This document shows positions 11,018 to 12,862 of a stretch of DNA of 12,862 nt, piece by piece; the stretch's first letter is position 1; each line of letters begins with the position of its first letter. Both the position numbers and the translations under genes were made by a program. The stretch spans positions 1 to 12,862 of the forward strand of contig JBDHHQ010000114.1 of the NCBI GenBank assembly GCA_039589315.1, written 5' to 3'. The DNA is from Gemmatimonadota bacterium (GTDB taxonomy: Bacteria; Gemmatimonadota; Gemmatimonadetes; Longimicrobiales; Gaopeijiaceae). The notes beneath the pieces are model-generated. The model saw nothing but the letters and a program-made list of their open reading frames with translations. It was not told the DNA's origin and did no database searches.

Positions 11018-11662
11018 TCAGCTTTCCGACTCGTCCCGTTTCAGCTCCTTCAGATTCGGCGTGAACAAGACGCCCTGGATCCCCGCGGGGCTTTCGGGAT
11101 TCCCCTGTAGCCGGAAATTCTGGTCGACGTCGAAGTCGATCGTCACGATGGTGGTGGTGCCCGCTTCGGCCAGGATCACCTCCGCCAGCTTCACCTTGAG
11201 CCCGCTCTGCTGGCCGCTCGGCACCTTGAGCATCTTCTGGCTGGTGTCGTCCTTGAAGGTGAACCCCTCCTTGAGGGTCACCAGAGCCTCGTCGACGACC
11301 ATGCGGAGCTTGCCATAGCTGCCTTCGGGCACGTCCTCGAGGTCCGTGAGATCGGCGGCCAGACCGTCTCGAAGCGTGAGGAGGTCGTAGTGGCGCGGAT
11401 TGTCGGAGTCGTTGAAGAGATCCACCTTGGAGGCGCCCTCCCCTTCCCCCTCTGCCTCGCCCTCCTCGGTGTCCTCCATCGCGCCCGGCATCAGGTAGAC
11501 CCTGGAGATCCACACCTCAGCCGATTGGATGTAGTCGGCCGGCGCGTCGGTAAGGAGAATCTGCACCCGCGCTGACGTCGTGCTCGTAGGATCGCTGCCA
11601 CACGAGATGAGGAGGAGTGCCGCAGCCATGCAGCACGCCAACCGGAGACTGGTCCGGAACAT
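11018..11662 (-). CDS. DUF4382 domain lipoprotein
   Basis: GGAGG 8 nt before ATG 11662 and signal ...AAALLLIS-C-GSD. Motifs ILLTDAP, YDLLTL, GSYGKLRMVV, LKVPSGQQSGLKV and IDFDVDQ. 214 aa. Confidence 0.82.
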   Translation of the reverse strand: MFRTSLRLACCMAAALLLISCGSDPTSTTSARVQILLTDAPADYIQSAEVWISRVYLMPGAMEDTEEGEAEGEGEGASKVDLFNDSDNPRHYDLLTLRDGLAADLTDLEDVPEGSYGKLRMVVDEALVTLKEGFTFKDDTSQKMLKVPSGQQSGLKVKLAEVILAEAGTTTIVTIDFDVDQNFRLQGNPESPAGIQGVLFTPNLKELKRDESES

Positions 11663-11806
11663 GGGAGTACCCTCCACGGGAGCCTGGATGTGCCGAACCC
11701 CTGGCGGCACTGGAAGAAACTCGTCTATGATCGCCGCGTCCCCCTGCCCGGGCGACTCGCGATCGAGACGGCTCAGGGCAAGAGGAGAGCGGACACCCCT
11801 AATTAC

Positions 11807-11822
11807 TGCAAGTTCCGCACCC
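11807..11822 (-). promoter_or_regulatory. sigma54 (RpoN) -24/-12 promoter for the DUF4382 gene
   Basis: Minus-strand GGGTGCGGAACTTGCA versus consensus TGGCACGNNNNTTGCW, with exact GG-N10-GC spacing. It is followed by AT-rich GTAATTA, giving a predicted start near 11796. Confidence 0.6.
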
Positions 11823-11852
11823 GCAAAGCGTTGCGCAAGCCCGAGGTGAGCA

Positions 11853-12717
11853 GTGAACGACCAGCCACACAAGCAGCAGTGGAGAGAGACAGTCTACCGC
11901 GTCATCTTCCGGCACGAGCGCGGTGCGGCGAAGGCGTTCGACGTGCTCCTGATCATCGCGATCCTGGCCAGCGTCGCCGTGGTCATGCTCGACAGCGTGA
12001 GCCGATTCCGGGCGCAGCACGGTGACCTCCTGATCCGGCTGGAGTGGATCTTCACGATCCTGTTTACCGTCGAGTATGCGCTTCGGCTGATGACGGCCCG
12101 GGACGTACGTAGATACGCCTTCAGCTTCTACGGGCTGGTCGACCTGTTCTCGGTCCTCCCCACGTACCTCAGCTTGATCGTCCCAGGCGGTCAGTACCTG
12201 ATCGTGATCCGCATCCTCCGAGTCCTGAGGATCTTCCGCGTCCTCAAGCTCGCCCAGTACGTGGGAGAGGCCAACGTGTTGACGCAGGCCCTCCGGGAGT
12301 CTCGCTACAAGATCACCGTCTTCGTGTTCACGGTCCTGACCATCGTAGCCGTCGTCGGAAGTCTGATGTACCTGATCGAAGGGCCCGAATCCGGCTTCAC
12401 CAGCATCCCTAGGGGTGTCTACTGGGCAGTGGTCACGCTGACCACGGTCGGCTACGGCGACATCGCCCCGGTGTCCGCCGTAGGGCAGGGACTGGCTGCC
12501 ATGGTGATGATCATGGGGTACGGGATCATCGCGGTTCCCACCGGGATCGTGACCGCCGAGCTGGTCCAGGCGAGCTCAATGGCCAAGGCGCTGCGCGTGT
12601 GCGAGGTGTGCGGTGTGCGAGGTGTGCGCCCGCCCTGGCCACGACTCCGATGCCGGTCACTGCAAGCACTGTGGAGCCCGGCTTCCGCCGAGTCCTTCCG
12701 GGGAGTTAGGCGCCTAA
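11853..12717 (+). CDS. 6TM voltage-gated potassium channel; C-terminal Zn ribbon frameshifted by a 16-bp duplication (the as-read ORF ends at 12740)
   Basis: GAGGTG RBS before GTG 11853. S4 sensor IRILRVLRIFRVLKL and pore/filter YWAVVTLTTVGYGD. Removing one repeat copy gives ...CEVCARPGHDSDAGHCKHCGARL...-TAA at 12715-12717 (282 aa). Confidence 0.92.
12597..12628 (+). repeat. perfect 16-bp tandem duplication (GTGTGCGAGGTGTGCG x2)
   Basis: Copies at 12597-12612 and 12613-12628. Each unit contains GTGTGCG twice. Confidence 0.97.
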
Positions 12718-12723
12718 TTACTT

Positions 12724-12862
12724 GTGGAACAATCAGTTGAATCGGTACAGCTAGAGCGTCTTCGCAGGTCTGCCCGGGTCACGCGCGTGCTGGCCTGGGT
12801 GGTCATGGGGGTTTGCGGGCTCATGGCCCTCGCGCTCGTTCCGGGGCTGGTGGTGGCGTGGC
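12724..12862 (+). CDS. N-terminus of a probable membrane protein (partial)
   Basis: GTG lies 6 nt after the restored channel stop. The frame is open to the edge: MEQSVESVQLERLRRSARVTRVLAWVVMGVCGLMALALVPGLVVAW (basic stretch, then a hydrophobic helix). RBS is weak. Confidence 0.5.
   Translation, partial: MEQSVESVQLERLRRSARVTRVLAWVVMGVCGLMALALVPGLVVAW

Noticed and set aside
11663..11872. N-terminal extension of the DUF4382 ORF
   Set aside because: RBS, ATG and lipoprotein signal all point to 11662. The extension would overlap the promoter and the channel start.
12705..12743. Integron attC-like motifs (GTTAGGC, GCCTAAT, GTTGAAT; palindrome TTAGGCGCCTAA at 12706-12717)
   Set aside because: No RYYYAAC partner at attC spacing, no L boxes, and no integrase or cassette array. 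The palindrome encodes the last codons and stop of the channel.

Overview
High-GC bacterial chromosomal segment; the mix of gene families (carboxypeptidase-regulatory-like repeat protein, DUF4382 lipoprotein, signal-bearing M55) suggests Gemmatimonadota, which is inference only. The leftward block holds an exported two-beta-sandwich protein coupled to an M14 (CCP/Nna1-like) Zn-carboxypeptidase lipoprotein, then ppdK and a frameshifted CAP/SCP lipoprotein. The divergent rightward block is four genes joined by three ATGA overlaps: a membrane-anchored MutS-domain-V ATPase, a hotdog/DUF4442-like protein, a nitronate monooxygenase/FabK-family flavoprotein and a signal-peptide M55 D-aminopeptidase. 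Next come a convergent DUF4382 lipoprotein with a sigma54-type promoter and structured leader, a divergent 6TM voltage-gated K+ channel whose C-terminal Zn ribbon is frameshifted by a perfect 16-bp tandem duplication, and the start of a probable membrane protein. No mobile element, CRISPR array, tRNA or rRNA is evident. The main oddities are a 90-bp in-frame AT-rich codon patch in the MutS-like gene, two frame-breaking lesions, an AT-rich intergenic hairpin and the four-gene operon. None of these is demonstrated to be a new system, and some may be assembly artefacts.
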